Positions 62,844 to 64,000 of a stretch of DNA of 64,000 bases are shown one piece after another (within the stretch, counting starts at the first letter, position 1; each line of letters begins with the position of its first letter). The stretch is taken from positions 756 to 64,755 of the forward strand of contig JAHZMA010000086.1 of assembly GCA_022599575.1 (NCBI GenBank). Direction: 5' to 3'. The notes beneath the pieces were generated by a model that saw nothing but the letters and a program-made list of their open reading frames with translations, was not told where the DNA came from and did no database searches. This DNA comes from Alphaproteobacteria bacterium. GTDB taxonomy: Bacteria > Pseudomonadota > Alphaproteobacteria > JABAAW01 > JAHZMA01. A program made the position numbers and the translations under genes.

Positions 62844-63999
62844 TCAAATGCAAATATGACCCCATCACCCTGCCCTTGATACCGCCTGCATCGGGCAAAA
62901 TTTTGCCTTGCGAATCGCGGACATCACAAAATAATGGCTGTTGGGTCGGTGCTTGATGCTCGCTAGAATAGTGAAATTCATGCGCGGTGAACGCATGATG
63001 CCGAAACATTGTGGGCTGATTAAGGCGGCAGATACGATAACCTAAATGTCGTTTAGGTTGGCGCATATCGGTACTATGGTCAAGCAACCCCGCCATTTGA
63101 TGCACATCGCCCTGTTCATCTATCAGCTTTTTTCCTAATAGCATATAGCCACCACATTCGCCATAAATCCATGCACCGCTTTGTTTTGCTTGCATTAGGC
63201 TTGCAAAAAATTTATCAGCTTTGGCAATTTTGGCAGCGAATAATTCGGGATAACCGCCCGTTAAAAATATCATATCAGCTTGTGGCGATGGTGTTTGATT
63301 AAGCAAAATTGAAAAGAAACTTAACTGAATATTTTGCTGTTTCCAACTTTCAAGCTGAGCATGATAGATAAAACGACATGAATCATCATAAGCAATCGCA
63401 ATATGTTTGATATTATTGAGGGTAATGAAAGATTTTTGATGAGATTTACTCTCTAATTTATTATTTTTGCTATGTTTTTTTATCAATGTCATTAGCAAGT
63501 TGAAATCAATATGCTTCATGATAGCTGAGGCTATATCATTGAGCCTACTATCGAAAGCATGAAGCGCATCAGGTTGTGTTAGCCCTAAATGGCGCGATGG
63601 CAACACCCATTCATCACAATGTGGCACTGCACCGATGATGGGTAAATCAGGAAAATCTTCTTGCAAAGCAGTTTCAAGAATCTGTTGATGGTTTTGCGAG
63701 CCAATGCCATTGAGAATAACACCAATAATATTGAGCTGATTAATATGAGCAGGCTGATAATCCAGCAAACCCTTTACCAGCGCGCAAACCGAGCGCGCTA
63801 TACCTTTCACAGGCAGTATTAGGATAATCGGTATGTCGGTTTTTTGTGCAAAATCAGCATTTGAACCGATAACACCACTGCCCGCGCCATCATACAGCCC
63901 CATTGCCCCTTCAATCAGCATAAAATTATCACGCGCTAATTGCTGCGCCATTTGCAGACTACAATCGCGCATTGCCCAACTATCCAGATTAATGGCATG
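62812..63999 (-). CDS. Cobyrinate/hydrogenobyrinate a,c-diamide synthase CbiA/CobB (5' end outside window)
   Basis: NLD.W.M, IEG.MGLYDG, LPSRHLGL, GGYPEL, YGECGGYM.LG, HEFHYS, GSYLH. Confidence 0.92.
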   Translation of the reverse strand, partial: HAINLDSWAMRDCSLQMAQQLARDNFMLIEGAMGLYDGAGSGVIGSNADFAQKTDIPIILILPVKGIARSVCALVKGLLDYQPAHINQLNIIGVILNGIGSQNHQQILETALQEDFPDLPIIGAVPHCDEWVLPSRHLGLTQPDALHAFDSRLNDIASAIMKHIDFNLLMTLIKKHSKNNKLESKSHQKSFITLNNIKHIAIAYDDSCRFIYHAQLESWKQQNIQLSFFSILLNQTPSPQADMIFLTGGYPELFAAKIAKADKFFASLMQAKQSGAWIYGECGGYMLLGKKLIDEQGDVHQMAGLLDHSTDMRQPKRHLGYRICRLNQPTMFRHHAFTAHEFHYSSEHQAPTQQPLFCDVRDSQGKILPDAGGIKGRVMGSYLHLIDEKHDESVL

Positions 64000-64000
64000 A

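Overview
Gene-dense, roughly 42% GC alphaproteobacterial chromosome segment made almost entirely of housekeeping genes (fmt, icd, dksA, rne, mutY, rlmE, thrS-infC, argC, trmFO, fabD-fabG-acpP-fabF-mltG, tatABC-serS-pcm, kdsA, eno, lipB, tRNA-Leu(GAG), maeB, mgtE, dapA-smpB, mltB-like/rlpA/dac-tmk-holB-metG-tatD, secG-pyrG-guaA, yajC-secD-secF, rplM-rpsI, cbiA/cobB). The window appears to contain the replication terminus: a 28-bp XerCD dif site at 59850-59877 lies in a 1.5-kb ORF-free AT-rich region, and gene orientation and KOPS-like GGGNAGGG motifs switch strand there. Other points of interest are histone-H1-like Lys-rich tails on TatA, TatB and YajC, a DUF3179-like secreted protein lacking its CxxC motif, strong GATC avoidance, an 18-bp tandem repeat at the metG/tatD junction, an ATC-initiated infC, a small accessory islet behind guaA and several synteny breaks. 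I saw no integrase, transposase, prophage or CRISPR array, and I cannot claim a clearly new multi-gene system. All calls are by-eye recognition without database searches.
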